From Candidatus Micrarchaeota archaeon (GTDB taxonomy: Archaea > Micrarchaeota > Micrarchaeia > Anstonellales > Bilamarchaeaceae), in NCBI GenBank assembly GCA_016926175.1, contig JAFGPA010000001.1:977-64976 (forward strand): DNA of 64,000 bases. The letters are read 5' to 3'. Of this stretch, positions 9,415-19,728 are shown in pieces; position 1 is the stretch's first letter; each line of letters begins with the position of its first letter. The position numbers and the translations under genes are program-made. The notes under the pieces were generated by a model, which was not told the DNA's origin, did not search any database, and saw only the letters and a program-made list of their open reading frames with translations.

Positions 9415-10167
9415 TCACTTCTTTGGTTTTCTTCCTTTTACTTTTGGCGGTTTAATGTCCGGATATGCATCTGTAAGCATATGGCTGCTTGCATAGGGCC
9501 TGAAACCAAGCTCTTCGAGAACCCTGCAAACAATATGCGGTTCAGGATTTTCAATCTCCCGAAGGCACTCAACGGCAGCACCATATGATTTTCTTTTTCC
9601 CTTTGTTATGCTGCTTGCATCTCCTTCGAATCCGGCAAACGCAAGGGATTTGTTCACTATCGTGAAGTTGATTCCTGCGAGGATGCCTGAAACCTCATAA
9701 TCCTTTACGTTTTCCAGTCCAAGTTTTTTTATTGCAATCCAGTCCTTGTATTTGCCTACAAATGCAATTGTTCCTCCAAAATCTTCCTTTGTTGGTTTTA
9801 TGGCGTTTTGAGTTTCCGGCCTGATTTTAACCCCGGCATTTGCAAGCAGCCTGTTGAAATAATACGATTCTGCAACCGGCCTCATCTCTTTGGCATATTT
9901 TTGTTTTACCCATTTGCCGAAATCAGACTGTTCCACTGCTTTTGCAACAGCTTCGATTCCAGATCCGCTGACCTTTGCCTGCTGGCAGATTTCTTCAGTA
10001 TTTATGCCTGAGAATGCATATGCAAAAGGCTCTATTCCCTCGCTTATCTCAGTTAAAATTCCTGCCACATCCTTCTCAGCTGCCTTTGAAAGGTCATAAT
10101 GGACTCCAAGGCTGAAATCCTTGTATTTGCCCGTAAAAACGATCTCATCGCTTCCGTACATGACCAA
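9415..10167 (-). CDS. Hypothetical protein, DUF2666-like, with an internally duplicated F.GKYKD motif
   Basis: IVFTGKYKDF and IAFVGKYKDW repeats, and a C-terminal YPDIKPPKVKGRKPKK. Confidence 0.55.
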   Translation of the reverse strand: MVMYGSDEIVFTGKYKDFSLGVHYDLSKAAEKDVAGILTEISEGIEPFAYAFSGINTEEICQQAKVSGSGIEAVAKAVEQSDFGKWVKQKYAKEMRPVAESYYFNRLLANAGVKIRPETQNAIKPTKEDFGGTIAFVGKYKDWIAIKKLGLENVKDYEVSGILAGINFTIVNKSLAFAGFEGDASSITKGKRKSYGAAVECLREIENPEPHIVCRVLEELGFRPYASSHMLTDAYPDIKPPKVKGRKPKK

Positions 10168-10255
10168 TTATCCAGCTGACAATTAATAAATATTGAACAA
10201 AAAAGGGCACTGCCTGGAAGCAGTTTCCTTAAAAAAAGCCAATCCAAGGACAAGG

Positions 10256-10263
10256 TTTAAATA
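10256..10263 (+). promoter_or_regulatory. TATA box of tRNA-Thr
   Basis: TTTAAATA ends 27 nt before the tRNA 5' end. Confidence 0.6.
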
Positions 10264-10290
10264 AAATTGCCCGATAATCTCTACAATAAC

Positions 10291-10509
10291 GCCCCTGTAG
10301 CTCAGAGGTAGAGCGCGTCCTTGGTAGCGTTTTCAGCCTGCAGTTTCCTGTCTCCGGTTCCGGAGGCTGGCAGTTGGATGCTGGAAACACTGATTAGGAC
10401 GAGGCCGCGAGTTCAAGAACCTTTTGACTTATGAAAAACTTATGGCAAAAGCTTAACCTGAAGCCATCAGGTCAAACTAGTCGAAAAGTTGAAATTCTCG
10501 CCGGGGGCT
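10291..10509 (+). tRNA. tRNA-Thr(GGT) with two introns: 10327-10395 at 37/38 and 10418-10495 at 59/60
   Basis: Acceptor stem GCCCCTG/CGGGGGC, anticodon arm CGTCC-TTGGTA|A-GGACG, T arm GCGAG-TTCAAG|T-CTCGC. Bulge-helix-bulge (BHB)-like junctions at both introns. Confidence 0.9.
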
Positions 10510-10638
10510 TCCAGTTTTATTATTTTAAAAGTGCCTATATACATTGATTAAAACCGTCCAACCCAATGCCAAATTCAGGCAAAACGATAGTTTCATATCT
10601 ATAGAAAAAAACTTTTATTTCCAAAAACGCCCGGCCAT

Positions 10639-10947
10639 CTATAATCCCTGCATTGACAATTCTTTTTCCACATGCTCAACTGCATTGGAATAAAGGAATT
10701 TTCCATTTTCAATGCTCACCAGTTTTTCCTTTTCCGGCAGTTTTATCCTGAAAATCGAGAAGCTGCCGCACGCCCTGTCAAGGAGTACCTCTCCCCTGAT
10801 GTTTCTGTTTATGAGGGCCTTTTCAACTGTTCTTGTCATCCTTTCGGCAGATGCTTTCTTTATTATGCCGCTTATCATAGGACCCATTCCTACAAAACTG
10901 TGCCCTGGCGGAATGCTTTTCCTTTCCAGATAATTTTTTTTGATCAT
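10639..10947 (-). CDS. Hypothetical protein
   Basis: 102-aa ORF with an ATGA overlap to the upstream ORF. Confidence 0.55.
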   Translation of the reverse strand: MIKKNYLERKSIPPGHSFVGMGPMISGIIKKASAERMTRTVEKALINRNIRGEVLLDRACGSFSIFRIKLPEKEKLVSIENGKFLYSNAVEHVEKELSMQGL

Positions 10948-12221
10948 GCCAGGTCCCCGAAATTTACTACTTTCATTATCTTCTTTCTTAACAAATACAT
11001 TATCTCGAAATGTTTTTTGCTTAGCTGATCATCGCTCCAGTTCATCTCTTGCCCTGAAACAAGCTTCAATGCATTTGCCAGGTTTCTAAGTGCGGCAACA
11101 GGAACTCCTGAGGAGAGCTTGGCGGTCATTTCAAGCATTTCAGTTATGTTGCGCTTTTCAGCATAGGTGAGATCCTCTTTTTTCATGCAGGCTTCATCAT
11201 GCATCTGCCTTATTATCCTGTGAGAGGGATGGTCGAGCTGCTTAAAAGCTTCTTCCAGTTGTTTTATTTCATTTGCCGGTATTGGTAATTGTTTCAATTC
11301 CTTGAATGGCGCACACCTTCTGAGTCTTTCAAATGATTCACGGTATTCCTGAGGAACAATCCATTCTCCGATGATATCATTCGCCACCAGATTATGCAAC
11401 ACGGTTGCAATCCTCTTCATTTCGTTTGGAAGCCCATCCATAGCCGGCACTTTTTTCATCGCATCTGCCTGTGCTTCCAGAACATTTGCATCAAACGGAA
11501 TTTTCCATTCAACATGCAATGCAAATATTCTGTTGTCTATTGCCCTAAGCAGCTCGTTCCCTTCCAGATTTCCCGGAATGTTAAAAGTGGTTCCAATCTC
11601 CTGAGCATGATAAGTAAATTGTTTTGAATTATGGCTTCTGCCATCGTAGGAAATAAGCCTTTTTTGAAGCTCTCCATCATTTTCAATTGGTTGCAGATTT
11701 GGCGACGAAGTCCTTTGGGTTGCCCTTTCAGTTCCAATATTCATGCAATCAAGTACTTTGCAGACTTCTCCGACAGGATCCTCAGATTCCATATATGCAT
11801 CCCTCAAAGGAATAATCTTATGGACTTTATTCACTTCAATGTGATAATGAATCCCGGAAGGCCTTCTTTCTTTTCCTCTTATAACTGCCCGTATTCTTTT
11901 TACCTCAAGAGCCCCAAGAAGAGCCTCGTCAGGGCTTTGCGGTTTTTTGACCTGCTCTTCCCCGGCGCTTTCAATCTCGAGTTCCTTTCTTTTTGAACTG
12001 ATTTTGAGTGCTTCCCTGCCAAGAACAAGTTCATATCTTTTGCAGGCTCTGTAAACCGGGGCTATTCTTTCCATGGTTTCGAGAATAACCCTGCTATCAT
12101 TTATCATCTCTCTTTTCCTTGCATCCCTTCCAAGGATTACCGATGAAGTCAGGGGCATAGCACCTGTAAACGCAGGCTTCCTCTGGGGAGCCACAAATCT
12201 TTGCTTTGAACTTTGTGACAT
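10944..12221 (-). CDS. Hypothetical protein (orphan-like)
   Basis: 425-aa ORF with no recognised motif. Confidence 0.7.
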   Translation of the reverse strand: MSQSSKQRFVAPQRKPAFTGAMPLTSSVILGRDARKREMINDSRVILETMERIAPVYRACKRYELVLGREALKISSKRKELEIESAGEEQVKKPQSPDEALLGALEVKRIRAVIRGKERRPSGIHYHIEVNKVHKIIPLRDAYMESEDPVGEVCKVLDCMNIGTERATQRTSSPNLQPIENDGELQKRLISYDGRSHNSKQFTYHAQEIGTTFNIPGNLEGNELLRAIDNRIFALHVEWKIPFDANVLEAQADAMKKVPAMDGLPNEMKRIATVLHNLVANDIIGEWIVPQEYRESFERLRRCAPFKELKQLPIPANEIKQLEEAFKQLDHPSHRIIRQMHDEACMKKEDLTYAEKRNITEMLEMTAKLSSGVPVAALRNLANALKLVSGQEMNWSDDQLSKKHFEIMYLLRKKIMKVVNFGDLA

Positions 12222-12481
12222 GGGATCACACGGCTTCTATTTTCTAACACAAATCAGGTTTATAAAACTTACTGTACCAGACTGTGAAAATTCCCATCAT
12301 TGTCCCTGCTGAATTTGTGATTTTTGTTAATTTTGCAAGTATAAATCCCGCTATTATCTTCGGTCAATTCGGACCATAAACCCTTATATATGTGACATGT
12401 TGGACATGAAGGCATATTTTTCACCTGGTCGTATTACCATTCTTGTTTAAAGTTTAAAAATTTTTGCCAGGAAAACTGGTT

Positions 12482-13213
12482 ATGCGATTTTTAATTCTAT
12501 TTGCCAGTTTAATAATACTGGCAGGATGTACGACTACAGAAACTCCAGAGCCGCAGCCAGTGCCGCAAGAACCGGCAATGACATGTGAGGAATATTGTCC
12601 AACCCAGCCGCATATTCAATGCGTAGGCCAATGGAATATCTCAGGCACATATCCAGACTGCATCTGTGAATTCATTTGCGATGTCGGAGAGGCGGAACCG
12701 ATCATTGAGGAACCGGAAGCCCCTCCTGTCGATGAGCCGATGAATGGAACAGATGTTGTTCCGAGAACCGACAAGTCCCTGAAGGAAATGCTTGATGATG
12801 GCATTCTGGAGTCCAAAATAAGATTTTTCTCTGAAAATGACGGCAGTTTCAGAACTATGGAATACAAATGGATGAGGTCTAATGTACCGGATGCAGGTCC
12901 TGGAGACATTAGTTTTGACAATGTTGCATTGACTGATGTGAAGTTTGATGGCGAATCCATCAGCAGCATTCGCGGAACAGGTCTGGTTGTCTTTGAAGAA
13001 GGAAGCACAGCAAAAGCAAGAGGGATCATAATCTTCCTTGACAAGTCCACTTCCCTTGACGGAAGAAATAGCTTTGACATAGAATACTTCCCTTCTGTGG
13101 AGCACAGATATATGGAAACCTGTTCAGTGCAGTCAAAGGATCTTTCCATGGACCTGGAAGGCAACTGGATCTCTAAATATTTCATAAAATGCGAAAATGT
13201 GAAATCTTCCTAA
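12482..13213 (+). CDS. Lipoprotein with a small Cys cluster
   Basis: ILAGC lipobox, Pro/Glu linker, and CEEYC...C...CICEFIC. Confidence 0.7.
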   Translation: MRFLILFASLIILAGCTTTETPEPQPVPQEPAMTCEEYCPTQPHIQCVGQWNISGTYPDCICEFICDVGEAEPIIEEPEAPPVDEPMNGTDVVPRTDKSLKEMLDDGILESKIRFFSENDGSFRTMEYKWMRSNVPDAGPGDISFDNVALTDVKFDGESISSIRGTGLVVFEEGSTAKARGIIIFLDKSTSLDGRNSFDIEYFPSVEHRYMETCSVQSKDLSMDLEGNWISKYFIKCENVKSS

Positions 13214-13276
13214 TTTTTTCCCTTTTTTACAACTTCATCAGAAAGATATATATACGTATAACTCTTTTTACTTTCC

Positions 13277-16200
13277 ATGAACGGAAGAATATTTATTTTG
13301 GCCTTTTTGTTGGCAATATCAATCGGATTTTCAGTAGATGTCAGTACCTGCAGCAATATAACTGCGCCCGGAACATATGTTCTGACTGCGGACCTGGTTG
13401 GATTCCCCAACAATGCATCAGAGGCAGGCTTTTCATTTTCAGGCTACGACTGGGCCTGCATCAAAATAGCTTCCCAGGATGTTGTTTTTGACTGCAATGG
13501 CCATAGTATCTGGGGAAATGACACGTCTGTTCAAAATATCAGCATAGGTATTTTTGTAAATGAGTCTGCAGGTTCCAATGTTACCATAAAGAATTGCAAT
13601 ATATACGATTACAACTATGGGTTCTTTTCTGAGTTTACCAACGAGATTGCACTGCAAAATGTCACCAGTTTCAGCAATGCAGGCACAGGTATTTTCATAT
13701 CAAGTTCAAATTACAGTATTGTTGATTCATGCCTGTCATACGGCAATACTGGCAGTTCATTTGTTATGGCAGGTTGTGATAACTGTATTCTTTCCAATAA
13801 CACTGCCCAGAACGGCGTTCCGGGAAGTTCCGGATATTATGTTACCGGCTGTTTTAATGTTCTGGTGATAAACAATACTGCAATCAATGCAGGGCATGAT
13901 GGTTTTTACATTCAGTCTCTTTCAAATGCAACTGTAAGGGATAATTATGCCAGCGGGCACACCAACTATGAATTCCGGCTGGGATCGACATTACCGCCTC
14001 TTTAAAACAACTCTTTCATAAACAATACTGCAGTATCCGGTATAACCTCCTTTGGACTATTGTGCAGTTTTACCGACCCTACAAATTCTGTTTTTGAAAA
14101 TAATACGGTCTATAATTCTTCAGGCACTGCCATCAGCATCCAGTGCAATAATGTAACGATAATGGGAAATGAAATCCATAATGCATCCTATGGCATCAAT
14201 AACTTCAGGGATAACAACACCATTATTGGCAATAACATATATGATTCCAGAAATGCAGGCATCAGGATATCCAACCTCTTCAATTGCATAATGTCAAATA
14301 ATCTGATAGCTTACAGTGCAGTGAGTGGCATAGAGATGTTTGGTTCTTCAGCCAACCTTTATGTTAATACGATTTATGGCAGTCCCCTTGGTTTGCTCGT
14401 AAATGGTTCTGACATTACTGTTGAAACCGGCAACAACGAAATTTATGACAACGGCCTTGGAATATACCTTGATGGCGGCGACAGGGTTTTCCTTAATATG
14501 TCGGCAGATCAGCTTTATGGCAATACTCTTGACTTTGAAATCGATGTAACTGCTTTGTCTTCAAGGCTTATAATGAGCGAGGTCCTCTTTGGAAATACCG
14601 GTCTTGCAACATATGTCAATTTCAGCCTTGATGACAACATTTTCCTGAGCGACTACCATTATTCCATCAATTATGCCCCAACGCCAACAATGCCCGTAAA
14701 TTATCTTTCGTTCTATGACAAATCCCTGGATTTCCAGAACCTTGGCAACAACACCCCTCTTGTAATAGAATCATTGACATACCACTGGACAGATGCAGAG
14801 GCAGATCCATATGTTGAATACAGGCTTCAGATGTGGAAATATAACGGGACCTGGATTTTGCTCAACAATACTCCTGATACTGCAAACAATCAGCTTGGCC
14901 TTACAGATATGTCATCATTCAGCGATTTCAGCATCCTCGTGGACAACAGAACCCCAAACATTTCAATCAGCAAAGCAGACGAAACTGTCCAGGCAGAGAA
15001 CTCTGAAGGCGGTCTGGTCGTTTCTAATATAACAGTAACAAATACCGGAGAGATTGCCCTGAACGCAACAGTTGCGGATGTGCTTCCCACAGGCCTTACA
15101 TACTCAGCATCCTCACCTGGATATGATTCATCACCCGGTGCTGGCATTTACATCTGGGACATTCTGGATCTTGCTCCCGGAGAGTCAGTGAGCATCCAGC
15201 TAAATGCAACTGTTGATTCCGGTGTTGTTGATGGTACAACCCCGATTGTCAACCTTACCAATTATGCCAATGTGACCGGAACCGATGAATATGGGGAAAA
15301 CGTTACTTCAGAGGATTATCTGAACTTCACAATACTTTATGCCAATGCAACAATAGCAAAACAGGAAACATCACTTCCTGCATCACCAGGAGGCATCGTT
15401 GAATATACCATCCTGATCAACAATACTGGTGCAGCACTTTTGCCAAGTCCTGTGAATGTGACTGATCTTCTGCCACCCGGCCTGACATTTGACAGCGTTT
15501 ATAGTCTCGATGGCTCATGCGCATGTGTAGCAACAACATCCCGGCTTGACTGCAGTATCTATGAGGATCTTTCTGCAGGGAATTTCTTTACATTGTATGT
15601 CAATGCAACTGTCGATCAGGGAATCGTAGATGCAGGAACTTCGATGATTAATGTTACCAATTGTGCGAACCACACTTCAGTTCCATCAAATGGATTTTCT
15701 GTCAATGACAGCGTTTGCACTGATACCACTCTCTACTATGTTAACATTTCAGTGACAAAAGATGCAAATTCAACATGGGTTTACATTGCAGCCAATGCAA
15801 CCTTCTTTGTCAATGTTACGAACGAAGGACAGCTTCCGCTTAATGTAACTGTTGCTGATGATCTGCAGCCTGGCCTGACTTTCAGGGGATCAGATGTTAC
15901 CCCAACATCTGTTGCCGGCGATTCCCTTACAGGGCAAACGGTAACCTGGGAAATTGCCATTCCTGCAAACACCACGATAACAATCACCTACAATGTAACA
16001 TCCAATATTGATGGAACCTACGCTAATAATGTGACAGTAACAGGAGTCCCGCCAAACGGTGACAATGTTACTGCTAATGATTCTTCATCAATACAGGTAA
16101 TGAAATGGCCGACAACGCCAAATGACAACAAGCCGCAGATAACAGTTTCATTCAGCTCATCCTGCGAAGGAAACATAGTTACAACAAATGCCGATCAGGT

Positions 16201-17137
16201 TCAGGTGTTCCATGCAACAACCCTTTCAGATGTTGCTTCCGGCCCGGTGGTTGATGGCATATTCAATTTCACGGGGTGCGGCTTTGATGTTAGAATAAGG
16301 GCAAGCGGCGAGGGATCGCCTGTTGTGGTTATTGAGAGCCTTATCGACTGTTCACAATGCATTGACATCCCCTATGAATGCACTGATGATGACGATTGTG
16401 ACCCTGGCCAATACTGCAACATCCCGCCCGGACAGCCAGGCGGAAGATGTGAAGAGCCTCCGCCCGAATGCACCACTGATGCAGACTGTGAACCCGGCCA
16501 ATACTGTGATATTCCAGCAGGCCAGTTCGGAGGGTCGTGCAGGGACATGCCCCCTGATTGCCTTACTGATGATGACTGTGAAAACACCCAATACTGCGAC
16601 AGTTCTGCACCAAATGGCGGCAGCTGCGAAGAAAGGACCGGAGACTGCGGTTATGCTGATGGCCACGTCTGGATAAACTATGACTGTGGCGATGACCCGG
16701 CATGTCCGCTATGCCCGGAAGGATATGTCTGCATTGATAACGAATGTGTTCCTGCAGAGCTTGAAGGTCCGCCGACAGTGTTTGTTGGTGATGATGTGCC
16801 TGTAAACGCAACCATCGGAGATCAGCCATGTGCCAACTGCGAAGTAATAATCGAATTCCCTGATGGCAGCCAGACGACAAGAACAACTGATGGATCAGGA
16901 TTCATTCTGGTTCCTGCAGATCTGGAAGGAGACTATCAGATTAAACTTGTCCGCGGAGGAAGCGTAATTGCTTCATTGCTGGTAAGTGCACTTCCAATAG
17001 AGGAGCCGATAGATGACAAGCCGCCGGCAGCTGCCTTCAGCGACATTCTGCCATGGCTTCTCTGGCTGCTGATACTATTGCTCCTGATAATTGCAATAAT
17101 CCTGTGGAGAAGGAAGAAGCAGAAAAGGGAAAAATAA
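13277..17137 (+). pseudogene. Large surface protein (parallel beta-helix, DUF11-like Ig domains, Cys-rich repeats, C-terminal TM anchor) interrupted by an in-frame TAA at 14003-14005
   Basis: The 242-aa and 1025-aa ORFs are in the same frame. The linker after TAA (NNSFINNTAVS) continues the beta-helix repeats. A signal peptide occurs only at 13277 and a TM plus basic tail only at the end. Confidence 0.75.
16376..16627 (+). repeat. Three ~90-bp coding tandem repeats (C..D.DC...QYC.....GG.C)
   Basis: gaatgcac...gactgtga...ccaatactg recurs at about 90-nt spacing. Confidence 0.8.
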
Positions 17138-17188
17138 TTTTTTTTCTTTTATTAATAATTATAAATTTTATCCATTATAGCCTTCATC

Positions 17189-18004
17189 ATGTTTGAAACA
17201 CTGTCACGGTCATTCGGGCTTGTTAAGAAGAGCTTTGAAGTTCTTTTAAATGACAAAAAACTTCTTTTGTTTCCTGCAATAAGCTCAATTGTCCTTATAG
17301 GGGTGCTGATTTCGTTCATAGGCCCTGCACTCCTTGCAGATTCTGATATTGTGCTTTACGGGCTTTTTGCCTTGTTTTATTTTGCATCCTATGCAATAAT
17401 CATATTCTTCAACAGCTCCCTGATATATGCTGCAGGCAAAAAAATGGATGGAAAGCCCGTTACTCTGGGTGAAAGCATTTCATTTTCACTGTCCAGGCTT
17501 GGCAGCATTCTTTCCTGGGCGGCAATCGCTGCAACTGTTGGGATGATTTTGAGCATACTGAGAGGCCAGGCTGAGGATGGAAAAGGCATTGGCATGGTCA
17601 TTGCAAAGATTGTCATAAGCCTTATCGGCCTTGCATGGTCACTTGCAACCTATTTTGTTGTTCCGGTGCTTGTCTTTGAGAATGTGGGTCCTTTTGAAGC
17701 CATAAAGAGATCAGTTGCAATCATAAGAAAGACCTGGGGCGAAAGCATTGTGGGAGGCATAAGCATGTCAGTTGTATTCCTTTTATTTTACCTGTTTGGA
17801 GGGGTACTGGCAGCCGGGCTTTTCATTTTTGGAGGCCTGATCCCGGCCCTTATTATAGCACTTCCGTACTTTATGCTGGTTTTCCTTGCACAGGGTGCAA
17901 TTGAAGGCATTTTTGTGGCAGCACTTTACCGCTATGCAACAACAGGCCAGAGTGCAATATTCGCAAAGGAGGATCTCGACGCAGCCTTCAGGAAAAAAAC
18001 ATAA
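17189..18004 (+). CDS. Multi-pass membrane protein, DUF6159-like
   Basis: SF.VL..DKKLLLFP, TYFVVPVLVFE, AIKRS...KTWGE and ALYRYATTG motifs. Confidence 0.75.
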   Translation: MFETLSRSFGLVKKSFEVLLNDKKLLLFPAISSIVLIGVLISFIGPALLADSDIVLYGLFALFYFASYAIIIFFNSSLIYAAGKKMDGKPVTLGESISFSLSRLGSILSWAAIAATVGMILSILRGQAEDGKGIGMVIAKIVISLIGLAWSLATYFVVPVLVFENVGPFEAIKRSVAIIRKTWGESIVGGISMSVVFLLFYLFGGVLAAGLFIFGGLIPALIIALPYFMLVFLAQGAIEGIFVAALYRYATTGQSAIFAKEDLDAAFRKKT

Positions 18005-18043
18005 GTTCTTTTTCTGAAATTGATTGCCGGAAGAATAAAATAA

Positions 18044-18213
18044 CGCCCCAACGGCGATTGTCAGCTTTGCCGGCCAGTATCAAAAAATGCCGTTTTTCAA
18101 AGCTTTTGAACGCCGAATTCAACCTCTCTGCCAAATGAAAAGCCGGTTTTGATCAAACTTTTCCTAAAAGCTGGCCGCAGGGTTGCGTCCTATCCAGGTT
18201 AGACTATTGGGGC
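18044..18213 (-). tRNA. tRNA-Arg(GCG) with two introns: 18126-18174 at 37/38 and 18058-18104 at 59/60
   Basis: On the minus strand: acceptor stem GCCCCAA/TTGGGGC, anticodon arm CAACC-CTGCGG|A-GGTTG, T arm CGGCG-TTCAAA|T-CGCCG. BHB-like junctions. Confidence 0.88.
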
Positions 18214-18343
18214 ATAGTGGTTAGACATGAATCTATCCAACTTCTATTCCTAACGATCATATTTAAATAACTATAGCTTTTAAATTATTCTCTGCCTTTT
18301 CTCTGTAATTTTGCTTATCACAGAGTTTACATTAGGTGTATGT

Positions 18344-18601
18344 ATGGAATTGAATGTTATAGCACAGATTAAAATTTATGTTGATGATCCTGCCTCGATA
18401 GACAGTGTAAAGAAAGAGATAGAGGGAATAGTCAAAGTCCAGAAGTTCTGGGAAGAAGAAGTTGGCTTTGGGATCAAGGCTCTGAAAGCATCAGTACTTC
18501 TTGCTGACTCAGAGGAAGGAGGAATGGAAAAAGTTGAACAGCAGATCACTGCACTGGAGCATGTAAGCCAGATGGAAGTTGAATCTGTAGAGCGGGTGTA
18601 A
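18344..18601 (+). CDS. ef1b: Translation elongation factor aEF-1 beta
   Basis: EEEVGFGIKAL, D.EEGG and VSQMEVESVERV motifs. Confidence 0.85.
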   Translation: MELNVIAQIKIYVDDPASIDSVKKEIEGIVKVQKFWEEEVGFGIKALKASVLLADSEEGGMEKVEQQITALEHVSQMEVESVERV

Positions 18602-18603
18602 TC

Positions 18604-19170
18604 ATGGTCAAGAAAGTTGAAAAAGAAAAAAAACCGAAGAAGAAACCGGCAAAAAAAGAACCCGGAGAAGAAAAAGAAAACTTCAGGGGCATAGTGCGTA
18701 TTGCAGGGAAGGATGTCAAGGGCCAGAAAAAACTTTTGAATTCACTTCTCCATGTGAAGGGAATCGGACATTCTGTTGCTGTTTCAGCATCAAAAGCAAT
18801 TGAAAGAGAACTTAAAATCGACCCCAATATCCCTGTCGGTGAACTCACTGAAAAACAGGTTGAGGATATAGATAAAATACTATTTGATCTGAAAAGTTAC
18901 AATGTTCCACGATTTATGCTCAACAGGAGAGGGGATTTCAATACCGGGACTGACAGACATGTGATAATGAATGATCTTATTTTCGATATGAGCCAGGATG
19001 TTGACAGGGAAAAGAAACTCTTCAGCTGGAAAGGATTCAGGCACACATTTGGACAAAAGGTCCGTGGGCAAAAAACAAGGAATACCGGAAGACATGGAAT
19101 GGCAGTCGGTGTATTAAGGAAATCCATAATTGCAGCAACAGGCGCAAAAAAGCCTGAAGCAAAGAAGTGA
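18604..19170 (+). CDS. rps13: 30S ribosomal protein uS13
   Basis: FRGIVRIAGKDV and WKGFRH..GQKVRGQKTR motifs. Confidence 0.95.
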   Translation: MVKKVEKEKKPKKKPAKKEPGEEKENFRGIVRIAGKDVKGQKKLLNSLLHVKGIGHSVAVSASKAIERELKIDPNIPVGELTEKQVEDIDKILFDLKSYNVPRFMLNRRGDFNTGTDRHVIMNDLIFDMSQDVDREKKLFSWKGFRHTFGQKVRGQKTRNTGRHGMAVGVLRKSIIAATGAKKPEAKK

Positions 19171-19174
19171 TGGT

Positions 19175-19720
19175 ATGGGAGATCCAAGAAGATTAAGAAA
19201 CAAATATGAACGGCCCAAGAAACTTTGGGATGAAGATAGAATCACTCACGACAAAACACTTAAGATAGAATATGGACTTAAAAACATGGCCGAACTCTGG
19301 AGAGCAACTGCCGAACTTAAGAAATACAGAAGGGAGGCAAGAAGGCTTCTCGCACTTACTGAAGAAGAAAGAAAACTGGATTCGGTAAAGATAATTACCA
19401 AGCTTGTAAAGAGAGGGATTCTCAAGCAAGGTTCTGACATTAACGACGTTCTTTCACTTGAAGTAAGATCTATTCTTGAAAGAAGGCTTCAGACAATTGT
19501 AACCCGCAAGGGGCTTGCAAGGACAATGAGGCAGTCAAGACAGCTTATCACCCATGGCTATGTAGGCCTCAAAGGCAGAAGGGTGACAAGGCCCGGAATT
19601 ATGGTTGATCTTTCTGACGAATCACACATAAATTATACCCGCCAGATTGATATATCTGTAAGGGACGAAGTTAAGGAAAACCAGGAGCCTGAAAAAGAAA
19701 AATCTCCGGCTTCATCGTAG
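19175..19720 (+). CDS. rps4: 30S ribosomal protein uS4
   Basis: [21 protein letters not shown] and RQLITHG motifs. Confidence 0.95.
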   Translation: MGDPRRLRNKYERPKKLWDEDRITHDKTLKIEYGLKNMAELWRATAELKKYRREARRLLALTEEERKLDSVKIITKLVKRGILKQGSDINDVLSLEVRSILERRLQTIVTRKGLARTMRQSRQLITHGYVGLKGRRVTRPGIMVDLSDESHINYTRQIDISVRDEVKENQEPEKEKSPASS

Positions 19721-19728
19721 GTGTGTTC

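Noticed and set aside
13997..14010. -1 frameshift slippery site TTTAAAAC
   Set aside because: The upstream and downstream ORFs are in the same frame, so a shift would not join them.
13277..17137. Diversity-generating retroelement target (AAC-rich gene)
   Set aside because: No reverse transcriptase and no template/variable repeat pair differing at adenines. The Asn richness reflects beta-helix repeats and sequons.
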